A stretch of 64,000 bases of DNA, from sequence record KJ019142.1. The stretch is one strand, 5' to 3'. Every line of letters begins with the position of its first letter. Positions within the stretch are counted from its first letter, which is position 1. The position numbers and the translations under genes were made by a program. Positions 17,220 through 26,964 of this stretch are shown piece by piece. Under the pieces are notes generated by a model, which saw only the letters and a list, made by a program, of their open reading frames with translations, did no database searches and was not told the origin of the DNA.

Positions 17220-18200
17220 ATGGATTTTGTTGATTCCAAGTTCATAAGTCTAGTATCCTCTCGCTTAGAGAAGTTCAAACAGAAGAAGTCTGACCTGTAT
17301 AACTGCAGGTGTCCCATTTGTGGAGACTCTTCTAGGAACCGAACTAAAGCGAGGGGATATATTTATGCAGTGAAACAAAATACAAACTACAAATGTCACA
17401 ACTGTGGTGTGAGTATGTCATTCTCTAACTTCCTGAAGGAGATAGATCCAGTATTACATAAGCAATATGTCTTTGAGAAGTTCAAGGGAAAGAACTCTAC
17501 GCCCATCAAGAACGTTAAGTCAGTTCTGGATAAGTTTTCCTACGAACCCAAGTTCAAGAAGAAGACAAAGATTGATTTGCCCTCCGCCTTTGATGTAAAA
17601 CTATCTAAGGAGTATCTGGATAACAGAAAGATTACCTCTGGGGAGTTTTATTACACAGATAACTTCAAAGAGTTTGTGAATGTAATCAAACCAAGAACGT
17701 TTGATGACGAACGTGGGGGACCTAGAATTGTAATTCCCCTGTATGACAGGGATGGTGTATTGTTTGGGTTACAGGGAAGATCTCTTCTCCCCAGTAAGGT
17801 TAAATACATCACAATCATCCTTGATGAAGACCAACCAAAAGTGTATGGTTTGGAGAAGATAGACCCCACACAGAGGGTTTATCTAGTGGAGGGTCCTTTC
17901 GATTCCACATTCATAAATAACTCACTCGCTATGTGTGGTGCTGATGTAGTATTAGATACACTGGGACTACAAGAACTAGTATATGTGTACGATAACGAAC
18001 CTCGTAACAGGGAGATCTGCAATAGGATCAATAAAGTTATCGATCAGGGTAAGAAGGTTGTTATTTTCCCCACAAATATAGAACAAAAGGACATCAATGA
18101 TATGATCTTAGCAGGGCATGATATAATGACTGTATTGGGATCCAATGTCTACCAAGGACTAACTGCTAAAATTAAGTATAACGAATGGAAAAGATTATGA
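17220..18200 (+). CDS. gp61: T4 gp61-like DNA primase
   Basis: CPICGD...CHNC zinc finger, TOPRIM VEGPFDS and YDNEPRN. Confidence 0.96.
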   Translation: MDFVDSKFISLVSSRLEKFKQKKSDLYNCRCPICGDSSRNRTKARGYIYAVKQNTNYKCHNCGVSMSFSNFLKEIDPVLHKQYVFEKFKGKNSTPIKNVKSVLDKFSYEPKFKKKTKIDLPSAFDVKLSKEYLDNRKITSGEFYYTDNFKEFVNVIKPRTFDDERGGPRIVIPLYDRDGVLFGLQGRSLLPSKVKYITIILDEDQPKVYGLEKIDPTQRVYLVEGPFDSTFINNSLAMCGADVVLDTLGLQELVYVYDNEPRNREICNRINKVIDQGKKVVIFPTNIEQKDINDMILAGHDIMTVLGSNVYQGLTAKIKYNEWKRL

Positions 18201-20497
18201 ATTCTGTGATCAGTGTTGTTAAGAGGTCTGGTGACAAGGAAGTACTTGACATTAACAAACTTCACGTAATGGTCGAGGCTGCTTGTGACGATCTATCTGG
18301 AGTCTCTGCCTCACAGGTAGAGATGAACTCAAATATTCAGTTCTATGATGGAATTACAACTGATGCAATTCAGGAAATTCTTATTAAGAGTGCTTCTGAT
18401 TTGATTGATCTTGATCACCCAAACTATCAGTTTGTTGCTGCTAGGTTGTTGTTGTTTGCTGTACGCAAACAGGTTTTTGATCGGATGCATGAACTACCTG
18501 ATGTTAAGTCGCATGTTAGGAAGTGTGTAGACGCAGGTGTTTATGATGCCGAAATCTTTGATCTCTATAGTGACGAAGAGTTTGCTGAGTTTGATAAGAT
18601 TATTAATCACGACAGAGACTACATCTTCACCTTTGCTGGTCTCCGTCAGGTGGTGGATAAGTATTTGGTTCAGGATAGAACCAACAATAAGGTATATGAA
18701 ACACCCCAGTTCATGTATCTCCTTATCGCCGCTACTATCTTCTCTCAGTATTCTAGAGAGACACGAATGTCCTATGTGAAACGTTACTATGACGCAATCT
18801 CAAAGCACCGCATCAATATTCCAACGCCTATTATGGCAGGCGTTAGAACGCCCCTTAGGCAGTTCGCTAGCTGCGTTCTTATTGATTCCGACGACAGTCT
18901 CGATTCTATCTTTAGTTCTGATATGGCTATTGGCAGATACGTTGCGCAAAGAGCTGGAATCGGGATCAACGCTGGAAGAATCCGTGGTCTCAACAGTAAA
19001 ATCCGTGGTGGAGAGGTAAGCCATACCGGGGTAATTCCATTTCTCAAGAAGTTTGAAACTACCGTTAGGTGTTGTACTCAGAATGGTATTAGGGGAGGTT
19101 CGGCAACAGTTCACTTCCCTATCTGGCACCAAGAGATCGAAGATATCATGGTGTTGAAGAATAACAAGGGTACAGAAGACAACCGAGTGAGGAAACTTGA
19201 CTACTCCATCCAACTATCAAAGATTTTCTATGAGCGTTTCATCCAGAATGGAGAAATTAGCTTGTTCTCACCGCATGACGTACCAGGTTTGTATGATGCT
19301 TTTGGTACTGATGACTTTGACACTCTATATCGGATGCATGAACTCAATGATGCTGTTCCAAGAACGACACACAAAGCACAAGAGTTAATCATGGATCTCT
19401 TGAAGGAGAGATCTGAGACTGGTCGTATCTACTTAATGAATATCGATCATTGTAACTCCCACTCGTCCTTCTTGGATAAGGTGGAGATGTCCAACCTCTG
19501 TCAGGAGATTACACTACCTACAAGACCCCTAAACCATATCGATGATACCGAAGGTGAGATTGCTCTCTGTATCCTCTCTGCGTTGAACGTAGGTAAGTTA
19601 CGCAACCTAGAAGAGATGGAGGAGCTATGTGACTTGGCAATTCGTGGTTTAGATGAACTCATTGACTTCCAGAACTACCCCATCAAGGCAGCTGAAATTG
19701 CCACTAAGAATCGTAGGTCTCTAGGTGTTGGTTACATTGGGTTGGCACACTACCTAGCGAAACATAGAGTTGGGTATAATGATCAGGAAGCATTCCAATT
19801 GGTTCATGATCTAACTGAACACTTCCAGTACTATCTAATCAAGGCAACAACTAATCTCGCCAAAGAGAAAGGAGCTTGTGGTTGGTCTGATCGTACTAAG
19901 TATAGTCAGGGTATTCTACCTATTGACACATACAAGAGTGATGTGGATGAGATTGTTCCCAACGTCCTCACACTAGACTGGGAAGCTCTACGAGCCGATT
20001 GTCTGAAGTATGGAGTCCGTAACTCCACTCTATCCGCACAGATGCCCTCTGAGTCCTCCTCAGTCGTCTGTAACGCCACTAACGGTATCGAACCACCCAG
20101 AGGGTTCCTATCGGTGAAGAAGTCCAAGAAGGGAACCCTGAAACAGATTGTTCCTTCCTATCCATACCTCAAGCAGTTCTACACTCTCCTATGGGAAATG
20201 GGTAGTAACGAGGGATACATCAAGATTGTGGCTGTGATGCAGAAGTTCTTTGACCAGGCTATCTCTGGGAACTGGTCTTACAACCCTAAGGACTACCCAA
20301 ATAATGAGGTTCCAATGAGTGAGATGGTCAAAGATTGGCTCACTACATATAAGTACGGTTGGAAGACTTCTTACTACCAAAACACATATGATATGTCCAC
20401 CGATACTGGGGAATCTGACACCAAAGAAGAACTAGAAACATTACTGTCACAGATCGAACTCCTCGAAGATGACGACTGTGACAGTTGTAAAATCTAA
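18197..20497 (+). CDS. nrdA: ribonucleotide reductase class Ia alpha subunit
   Basis: ATP cone, PTPIM, SCVL, SNLCQEI, C-terminal CDSCKI; no intein-sized insert. Confidence 0.98.
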   Translation: MNSVISVVKRSGDKEVLDINKLHVMVEAACDDLSGVSASQVEMNSNIQFYDGITTDAIQEILIKSASDLIDLDHPNYQFVAARLLLFAVRKQVFDRMHELPDVKSHVRKCVDAGVYDAEIFDLYSDEEFAEFDKIINHDRDYIFTFAGLRQVVDKYLVQDRTNNKVYETPQFMYLLIAATIFSQYSRETRMSYVKRYYDAISKHRINIPTPIMAGVRTPLRQFASCVLIDSDDSLDSIFSSDMAIGRYVAQRAGIGINAGRIRGLNSKIRGGEVSHTGVIPFLKKFETTVRCCTQNGIRGGSATVHFPIWHQEIEDIMVLKNNKGTEDNRVRKLDYSIQLSKIFYERFIQNGEISLFSPHDVPGLYDAFGTDDFDTLYRMHELNDAVPRTTHKAQELIMDLLKERSETGRIYLMNIDHCNSHSSFLDKVEMSNLCQEITLPTRPLNHIDDTEGEIALCILSALNVGKLRNLEEMEELCDLAIRGLDELIDFQNYPIKAAEIATKNRRSLGVGYIGLAHYLAKHRVGYNDQEAFQLVHDLTEHFQYYLIKATTNLAKEKGACGWSDRTKYSQGILPIDTYKSDVDEIVPNVLTLDWEALRADCLKYGVRNSTLSAQMPSESSSVVCNATNGIEPPRGFLSVKKSKKGTLKQIVPSYPYLKQFYTLLWEMGSNEGYIKIVAVMQKFFDQAISGNWSYNPKDYPNNEVPMSEMVKDWLTTYKYGWKTSYYQNTYDMSTDTGESDTKEELETLLSQIELLEDDDCDSCKI

Positions 20498-20554
20498 TCC
20501 ATAACGTGATATAATAGGATCACTACTTAAACCATAAACTAACTCTCACCAACT

Positions 20555-21721
20555 ATGAAGTTTCTAACAAATACAGGAAATATCGAAGGAATGACCGTGT
20601 TTAATCAGAATGAAGTTGATGCTAAGACCCAACCAATGTTTTTTGGTAAGCCTCTGGGGATACAACGTTATGATACCTTCAAGTATCCTATCTTTGAGAA
20701 GCTAACTCAACAACAACTAGGATACTTCTGGAAGCCAGAGGAGATCTCTCTTCAGAAAGATAGGTCTGACTATCAGAAGTTGCGTCCAGAACAGAAACAC
20801 ATCTTTACTTCTAACTTAAAGTATCAGATTCTTCTAGATTCTGTACAAGGTCGTGGTCCTGGTATGGCTTTTGCTCCCTATTGTTCTCTCCCAGAACTAG
20901 AAGGATGTCTTAAGGCTTGGGAGTTTATGGAGATGATTCATAGCAGATCTTATACTCATATTATCAAGAACCTATACCCAGATCCTTCTGAAGTATTTGA
21001 TACTATTCTGACAGATGAAAAGATCCTTGAGCGAGCAAAGACGGTTACAGCGGCTTATAACGAATTCATTAATGCCGCTCACGAATACGACAACGGTAAC
21101 ACATGGCAACACGCAAATGAAGACGTACCTACGGCTCTTGTCAACCGTTATGACCTTAAGCGTAAGCTTTACCGTGCTATGGCTAACGTTAATATCCTAG
21201 AGGGTATTCGTTTCTATGTTTCCTTTGCATGTTCTTTCGCCTTTGGTGAGTTGAAGCAGATGGAGGCATCAGCCAAGATCATTTCACTCATTGCCCGTGA
21301 CGAATCACAACACCTAGTTATCAGTCAGAACATTCTGAAGAACTGGAGGAATGGTGATGATCCTGATATGATTAAGATTGCTGAGGAACAGAAGCCTTGG
21401 TTGATTGAAACCTTTAAGTTGGCAGTGGATCAGGAGAAAGCCTGGGCGGAATACCTCTTTAAAGATGGTTCTATGATTGGTTTGAACGAGAAACTACTAG
21501 GAAACTATGTTGAGTGGATTGCTAACCGTCGTATGAAGGCTGTTGGTCTAGAACCCATCTACGATATCGCAGCTAAGAACAACCCCCTCCCCTGGACAGA
21601 ACACTGGTTGAACTCCAAGAGTGTTCAGGTTGCCCCTCAGGAGACTGAGATTACCTCCTATATCGTTGGTAATGTGAACCAGGATGTGAAATCAGATCAG
21701 TTTGCTAACTTCTCCCTATAA
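20555..21721 (+). CDS. nrdB: ribonucleotide reductase class Ia beta subunit
   Basis: FWKPEE, EMIHSRSY, EGIRFYVSF, RDESQH, APQETE. Confidence 0.98.
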   Translation: MKFLTNTGNIEGMTVFNQNEVDAKTQPMFFGKPLGIQRYDTFKYPIFEKLTQQQLGYFWKPEEISLQKDRSDYQKLRPEQKHIFTSNLKYQILLDSVQGRGPGMAFAPYCSLPELEGCLKAWEFMEMIHSRSYTHIIKNLYPDPSEVFDTILTDEKILERAKTVTAAYNEFINAAHEYDNGNTWQHANEDVPTALVNRYDLKRKLYRAMANVNILEGIRFYVSFACSFAFGELKQMEASAKIISLIARDESQHLVISQNILKNWRNGDDPDMIKIAEEQKPWLIETFKLAVDQEKAWAEYLFKDGSMIGLNEKLLGNYVEWIANRRMKAVGLEPIYDIAAKNNPLPWTEHWLNSKSVQVAPQETEITSYIVGNVNQDVKSDQFANFSL

Positions 21722-21726
21722 TTTGA

Positions 21727-22368
21727 ATGGAACTATATTATGAAAAGTTAGATAAGAATCTCTATGTATTAGATGATTTCTTTACTATGGATGAATTCAT
21801 GCCGTTACATGATGAACTACACGGCATGTACCATACTTTTTTGAGAAAGAGGGAGAACTATGTGGGTGGTGAAAACCCATATTGGTTTGCACTCAGTAAG
21901 AATAATACTCCAAATTCATCACCAAATAACGGACTCGGGGAAAATATGGTTTTCCTCGATAGAGCCACAAAGATAAGATGGGCAATAAACAAAATACTGA
22001 GACCTGATTTCTCCTTTTACCTGAAGAGAATCAATACTAACCTGCAATGGAAGTTTCAGGATTCATCTTTCCATTTAGATTCGTATAGTAATGAACTAGA
22101 CGAGAAATACTGGGGTTGGACTTTCCTCGCCTGCACCCAAACGGATTGGGATTATGAGTGGGGAGGTGAGTTTGTGTGTCAGGTTGCAGACAGAACCTAC
22201 AAAAACATCTCATACTCACCAAATAGGTGTATACTATTCAATGGGGATTGTTCCCATAGGGGAGCTGCCCCCAATATCTTTGCACGGGATTTTAGAACTA
22301 CCGTAGCTTGGACATTTGTATCTGTGGACGCACATATAACCCCCGATGCAACTAGCCATATTTCCTAG
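21727..22368 (+). CDS. 2OG-Fe(II) oxygenase
   Basis: FHLD...WGGEF...HRGAAP...R motif set. Confidence 0.8.
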   Translation: MELYYEKLDKNLYVLDDFFTMDEFMPLHDELHGMYHTFLRKRENYVGGENPYWFALSKNNTPNSSPNNGLGENMVFLDRATKIRWAINKILRPDFSFYLKRINTNLQWKFQDSSFHLDSYSNELDEKYWGWTFLACTQTDWDYEWGGEFVCQVADRTYKNISYSPNRCILFNGDCSHRGAAPNIFARDFRTTVAWTFVSVDAHITPDATSHIS

Positions 22369-22415
22369 ATAGTCACGTCACATGATAGAATGACGTATAT
22401 CACGAGGAGGATGTC

Positions 22416-22631
22416 ATGTCGAGTGAACCATTTCTTGAATGGATGGTGAAGCCGCCCATTTCAGATGAAGAGTTGATGTTGATTTGCCTAAAGAATGCCC
22501 CGTGTGGCACGAATAGGAAGCAAGCAATGAAATTGATCAGAGTGTTGGAAGTAAAGTTGGCGGAACCTACGGGATTTGCTAATATATTTCCACAACCCAA
22601 ACCAGGTGGGGAGTCTGATTATGCTGGGTAA
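22416..22631 (+). CDS. hypothetical protein
   Basis: 71 aa, RBS GAGGAGG. Confidence 0.7.
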   Translation: MSSEPFLEWMVKPPISDEELMLICLKNAPCGTNRKQAMKLIRVLEVKLAEPTGFANIFPQPKPGGESDYAG

Positions 22632-22749
22632 TGTTTTACTTTGGATATCAATTCCCTTTGTAGTTGCTACCATATTCTTTGGTATCTACAGAGGTGAAAA
22701 TTATTATTATGAGAGTAGTGACTATGATGGAAATGGAACATCGCATTAA
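22621..22749 (+). CDS. small membrane peptide (42 aa)
   Basis: MLGNVLLWISIPFVVATIFFG...YDGNGTSH; read by eye. Confidence 0.6.
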   Translation: MLGNVLLWISIPFVVATIFFGIYRGENYYYESSDYDGNGTSH

Positions 22750-22750
22750 G

Positions 22751-22942
22751 ATGCGTTACGAATTCGCTATGAGTTCGTTCGCTAGAATGTACGGAGTGAG
22801 AGCTGTTTCTGGATCAGGGCACCATGTCAAATTCTGCAAAAGGTGGGCAGATACTAGTGTTGAGGAAGCTCCTAATGGAACTCTAACTGAAGTTGATTTC
22901 TACTTCAGGGATTTGTGGGACATTTGGGGGGAGTATATATAA
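22751..22942 (+). CDS. hypothetical protein
   Basis: MRYEFAMSSFARMYG start within ORF 22664-22942. Confidence 0.6.
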   Translation: MRYEFAMSSFARMYGVRAVSGSGHHVKFCKRWADTSVEEAPNGTLTEVDFYFRDLWDIWGEYI

Positions 22943-23033
22943 TGAGAACATATATTCCAGCGTTTTTCATACTAACCTTTGTGATAGTATTTGTTACTTG
23001 GGGATTGAATAACGCCTACCCATAAAATTACAT

Positions 23034-23177
23034 ATGATTGCTTCGTATAAGAAACTCGAAACGGAAAACTTCATGTTACGTTTGGAAGTCGAGAGACTAC
23101 GAATGGCACTACAAGAGACCCAAAACGAGTGGTCACACCCAGAGTCTTGTGTTAGAAAACAAAGTCTCTGGAAATAG
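23034..23177 (+). CDS. small coiled-coil hypothetical protein (47 aa)
   Basis: MIASYKKLETENFMLRLEVERL...; stops just before the terminator, unlike the track ORF 23038-23229. Confidence 0.55.
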   Translation: MIASYKKLETENFMLRLEVERLRMALQETQNEWSHPESCVRKQSLWK

Positions 23178-23181
23178 GTTA

Positions 23182-23209
23182 GGGGGGTGGTTGCCACCTC
23201 CCTTTTTTT
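23182..23209 (+). terminator. intrinsic terminator
   Basis: GGGGGGTGG/CCACCTCCC stem plus T run. Confidence 0.75.
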
Positions 23210-23286
23210 GTGCTATAATACCTTTGTGAAGGGAAACAGGGGCTGCTTAGCATCTAAATACTTAATGAGAGGAGTTATCATTTAAT

Positions 23287-23421
23287 ATGGCATACAGAGT
23301 TTGGCATTCACCAATAAAGAGTATTATCCTACAAACCTATGAGGAGGTAGTTGTATACTATGCAATGCAAAGAGCAGCACATAACACTACTCCAGAAGGT
23401 TGGGAAGAAGTTGCTGCATAG
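23287..23421 (+). CDS. small hypothetical protein (44 aa)
   Basis: GAGGAG upstream, read by eye. Confidence 0.45.
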   Translation: MAYRVWHSPIKSIILQTYEEVVVYYAMQRAAHNTTPEGWEEVAA

Positions 23422-23444
23422 ATATGGTAGAATGATTATGTTAT

Positions 23445-23885
23445 GTGAAAGAAGTAAATTATGAGAACCCATGGATATATCTGGAGAGACCTTTCACTGA
23501 TGATGATATTCTGGACTACTTTGGTTTTGTTTATCGTATTACCAATAAGACAACAGGGAGAAAGTACCTGGGAAGAAAGGTATTTTGGTTCCACAGAAAG
23601 CCTCCTGGTAAGAAACGAAGGGTAAAGAAACCATCAGACTGGAAGAAGTACTATGGATCCAGTGATGAACTTAAAGCAGATATTCAACTCTTAGGGAAAG
23701 ATATCTTCACCAGGGAGATTATATCATTGCATAAGACCCTAGGAAAGACAAACTTTGCAGAGACAGAAGCACTCTTTCAATACAAAGTATTGACAGAGAA
23801 ACTTGACGATGGGTCTCCAATGTATTATAATGCGAATATACTTTCGAGATACTACAGGAAAGACTACTTTGATTATGAGGACTAA
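23445..23885 (+). CDS. GIY-YIG nuclease, T4 endonuclease II-like
   Basis: GFVYRIT...KYLGRK...YYGSS...YYN pattern. Confidence 0.8.
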   Translation: MKEVNYENPWIYLERPFTDDDILDYFGFVYRITNKTTGRKYLGRKVFWFHRKPPGKKRRVKKPSDWKKYYGSSDELKADIQLLGKDIFTREIISLHKTLGKTNFAETEALFQYKVLTEKLDDGSPMYYNANILSRYYRKDYFDYED

Positions 23886-24973
23886 TGAGTTATTTTACTG
23901 ATCGTTTTGGTGATACCTATAAGGTTATCCGTAACTATATCTCTAGTGAAGAAGCAAATACTTTAGGAGAGAACTATAAAGAGTTTGTATCTACTGATGG
24001 GGTGCCTACAGAGGCAACCATGATTACTTCGAATGCATATGATTTCTACAACCGACCTGAACAGGTAGCACTACTATCAGAGAAAGTATCACATATTAAT
24101 GAACTATTAGGTAAGAAAGTTCTTCCTGCCTATTCCTTTGTTAGACAATACGGAGTTGGATCCTTTCTAGGCAAACACACAGACAGAAAGTCCTGTGAGG
24201 TATCTCTGAGTATCCACCTGTGTGGTGATAAGGAATGGCCGTTCTGTATAGAGGATAAGGAAGGAAACCCCGTAGAACTCATCCTACACCCCGGAGATGC
24301 AGTCTTATATGATGCACCCAATGCAACTCACTGGAGAGAAGAATATGATGGTGAGTTCTATATTCAAACCTTTCATCACTATGTAACTTTAGGTGGTGAG
24401 TATGAGAATCTATTCTTTGATAATAATGATAAAGAATTCTCACTAACCAATTATATTAAACAATATAAGGAATCAGTACCTCCTGATATCTGTGATATGA
24501 TTGTTAAATACGCAGAACAATTCCCTAATAGGTGGGAAAATGCTACTACTATACAATCTATAAAAGATAATACTATTGATACTAGGATATGTGAGAGTTG
24601 GAATGTTTTACCAACTGATAGTATTGATGATGTTGTTTATAAGTATATAACTGAAGCATCTTCTAAGTTCTGTAATACCTTCCCACACTTTAATCTTACT
24701 CAGGACACTGGATATCAGATTTTAAGATACAAACCAGGTGGTAAGTATGACTACCATACAGATCAACATGCCACTTATAACAGGGAAGTTACTATTATTC
24801 TAAACCTTAATGATGACTACGAAGGTGGTAACCTATGTCACATTAAAGACAACCATATGATAAAGATGGGTAAGGGTGATATCATTATTTTCCCTGCTAA
24901 CTTTATGTACCCACATCGTATTACTCCCATAACATCTGGTGTTAGGTATTCTATTGTGACTTGGGCAGTCTAA
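23885..24973 (+). CDS. tandem two-domain 2OG-Fe(II) oxygenase
   Basis: two HTD...H..R sets: HTDRKSCE...HWRE and HTDQHA...HRITPITSGVRYSIVTW. Confidence 0.85.
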   Translation: MSYFTDRFGDTYKVIRNYISSEEANTLGENYKEFVSTDGVPTEATMITSNAYDFYNRPEQVALLSEKVSHINELLGKKVLPAYSFVRQYGVGSFLGKHTDRKSCEVSLSIHLCGDKEWPFCIEDKEGNPVELILHPGDAVLYDAPNATHWREEYDGEFYIQTFHHYVTLGGEYENLFFDNNDKEFSLTNYIKQYKESVPPDICDMIVKYAEQFPNRWENATTIQSIKDNTIDTRICESWNVLPTDSIDDVVYKYITEASSKFCNTFPHFNLTQDTGYQILRYKPGGKYDYHTDQHATYNREVTIILNLNDDYEGGNLCHIKDNHMIKMGKGDIIIFPANFMYPHRITPITSGVRYSIVTWAV

Positions 24974-24995
24974 ATACTCTGTTATTTCGGTTACA

Positions 24996-26216
24996 GTGAT
25001 GAGAATTGATTTCAGTAACTTTTTCCAATACTATGATGGTGATCTAAAGAACCATGTAGAATCAATTGCTCTACTAGAGCGTGAGATTGAAAAGGTTGCT
25101 CCCCATCTCCTCCAGGACGAAGCAGAGTGGGTTAAAGTATATCGTAATACTGCTGAGGTTGAGAAACCAGATAAGGTTATTGCCTTACCCGTACCTTACT
25201 TCCCCCAGACAGATAACTACACACAACCAGAGAGGACTTGTAACTCCTCCTCCTGTGCTATGTGTCTAGAATACTTTAGACCTGGAACTCTAGTTGGTTC
25301 TAAAGGTGATGACGCGTATATCAGAAAGGTATTTGCTGTAGGTGATACTACAGATCACTCAGTTCAAACTAAAGTTCTAGCAGACTATGGTGTAGATTCT
25401 GAGTTCAACTATTCACTCAGTTTTGATAACCTAGATCACGAACTTGAGAACAAGAGACCTGTTGTGATTGGTATCCTCCACAGAGGAACCCTAGCACACC
25501 CCACAGGGGGTCATATGGTGGTTGTGATAGGTAAGACGGCAGAAGGTGATTACATCTGTCACGACCCCTACGGAGACCTTAACGACGGATATACAACCAA
25601 TGTATACAACGGTCAGTCTGTTGTGTATAAGAGAAATGTTCTAGAGGCTAGATGGACTCCTGACGGTCCTACCAGTGGTTGGGGGCGTACTTTCCAGGCG
25701 AAAGTAACCGCAAAAAAGTCTGAGGAGGGTAAGTTGCCCTCCGCTGGTGTTGAACTTATCAAAGAGTTTGAAGGACTTCATGTTCTAAAATCTGATGGAA
25801 TGATCCATGCTTATCCTGACCCTCTATCTGGTGGTGAACCCTGGACTATTGGTTGGGGTTCTACTAGGGATCTTGATGGATCAGCATTCCATCCTGGGGA
25901 TAAAATCACCAGAGAGAAAGCAGACATCCTCCTAGAGGAACAACTCAGAAGGGATTATCTTTCTAAGTTAGAACAAACCATCCCCTATTGGGATGAGATG
26001 AACGACAACCAACATGGAGCCCTGCTTAGTTTTGGGTATAATCTAGGAGCCGGTTTCTACGGAAGTCCTGATTTTAACACAATAACCCGTGTTTTGCGAG
26101 ACAAAGAGTGGAATAAAGTCCCCGACGCGTTATACTTGTATCGTAACCCCGGAACTCCTGTAGAGGAGGGTCTTTCTAGACGACGGATTGCAGAAGGAGA
26201 ACTTTGGGAGAGCTGA
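24996..26216 (+). CDS. modular endolysin-like protein: C39-like peptidase plus GH24 lysozyme
   Basis: PYFPQTDN...TCNSSSCAM...GHMVVV...DPYG; LIKEFEG...AYPDP...WTIGWGST. Confidence 0.88.
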   Translation: MMRIDFSNFFQYYDGDLKNHVESIALLEREIEKVAPHLLQDEAEWVKVYRNTAEVEKPDKVIALPVPYFPQTDNYTQPERTCNSSSCAMCLEYFRPGTLVGSKGDDAYIRKVFAVGDTTDHSVQTKVLADYGVDSEFNYSLSFDNLDHELENKRPVVIGILHRGTLAHPTGGHMVVVIGKTAEGDYICHDPYGDLNDGYTTNVYNGQSVVYKRNVLEARWTPDGPTSGWGRTFQAKVTAKKSEEGKLPSAGVELIKEFEGLHVLKSDGMIHAYPDPLSGGEPWTIGWGSTRDLDGSAFHPGDKITREKADILLEEQLRRDYLSKLEQTIPYWDEMNDNQHGALLSFGYNLGAGFYGSPDFNTITRVLRDKEWNKVPDALYLYRNPGTPVEEGLSRRRIAEGELWES

Positions 26217-26636
26217 ATGATTGCACTTGATATATTCTGTGACTGGTTCACTGGGAGATGGAACAACCGTGCTCAGGCACATTCCAACCCCAGAGGTCAG
26301 GCATATGTGATGGCTAGACACGATAGGATATCAGACACAGAGTTTCGATGTGTTTATCACTACCATAGGGATAAGACCCCTTATAGGGACTTTACCCTGA
26401 ATATCAACGGACATGATAGTGATATTATTCTGTCTGATAAGGAAACCAGGTTAGTTTATTCTTTATATAACGGAGCGTATACCTGTCACTTTGATAAGAT
26501 AATCAAAGGAAAAAGATATGTATTTGATTCTGTATTAGCGAATACTTTCTATAAACTTAATGATCAGTGTTTTGATGGAACCCGATTAGTTCGGGGTCTA
26601 GAAACCGGTGAGTTTTATGACTTTAGAAAGGAATAA
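26217..26636 (+). CDS. cpeT: CpcT/CpeT-like (T-type) phycobilin lyase
   Basis: FTGRWNNRAQAHSNP...PYR N-terminal signature. Confidence 0.7.
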   Translation: MIALDIFCDWFTGRWNNRAQAHSNPRGQAYVMARHDRISDTEFRCVYHYHRDKTPYRDFTLNINGHDSDIILSDKETRLVYSLYNGAYTCHFDKIIKGKRYVFDSVLANTFYKLNDQCFDGTRLVRGLETGEFYDFRKE

Positions 26637-26638
26637 TA

Positions 26639-26824
26639 TTATCTAATCCCCACCCACCATTCGCGAGCACAGTTTGCGATTTGTTCTGCGGTGGGGTTTT
26701 CTACGCGGATAATCTCAGAGCACTCATCTATCATTTCCTCTAGATGTTTATTGCAGGTAGCGAGATCGTTCATTTGCTTGTGCCTTGATATTTTCGCAGT
26801 CATGAGAATACTAACAATGATCAC
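26639..26824 (-). CDS. small hypothetical protein on the minus strand
   Basis: sits in a + strand gap, tail-to-tail with cpeT. Confidence 0.45.
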   Translation of the reverse strand: MIIVSILMTAKISRHKQMNDLATCNKHLEEMIDECSEIIRVENPTAEQIANCAREWWVGIR

Positions 26825-26964
26825 ATATAGAGTTATTTAGTTCTCAGAGAACTCTCAGTTGTGAGAAATGTGTAATATGATATAATGTAAATATCTTCAT
26901 ATTTTCTTCATATACATAATGAAGAAACTATTAAGTTTCACATTGTCGTTTGTAAATTAAAGTT

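Noticed and set aside
18197-21721. Inteins or introns in nrdA/nrdB (also checked the helicase)
   Set aside because: Normal lengths, no intein splice motifs noticed
23038-23229. Track ORF of 63 aa
   Set aside because: Runs through a terminator; the alternative frame 23034-23177 has an ATG and stops before it
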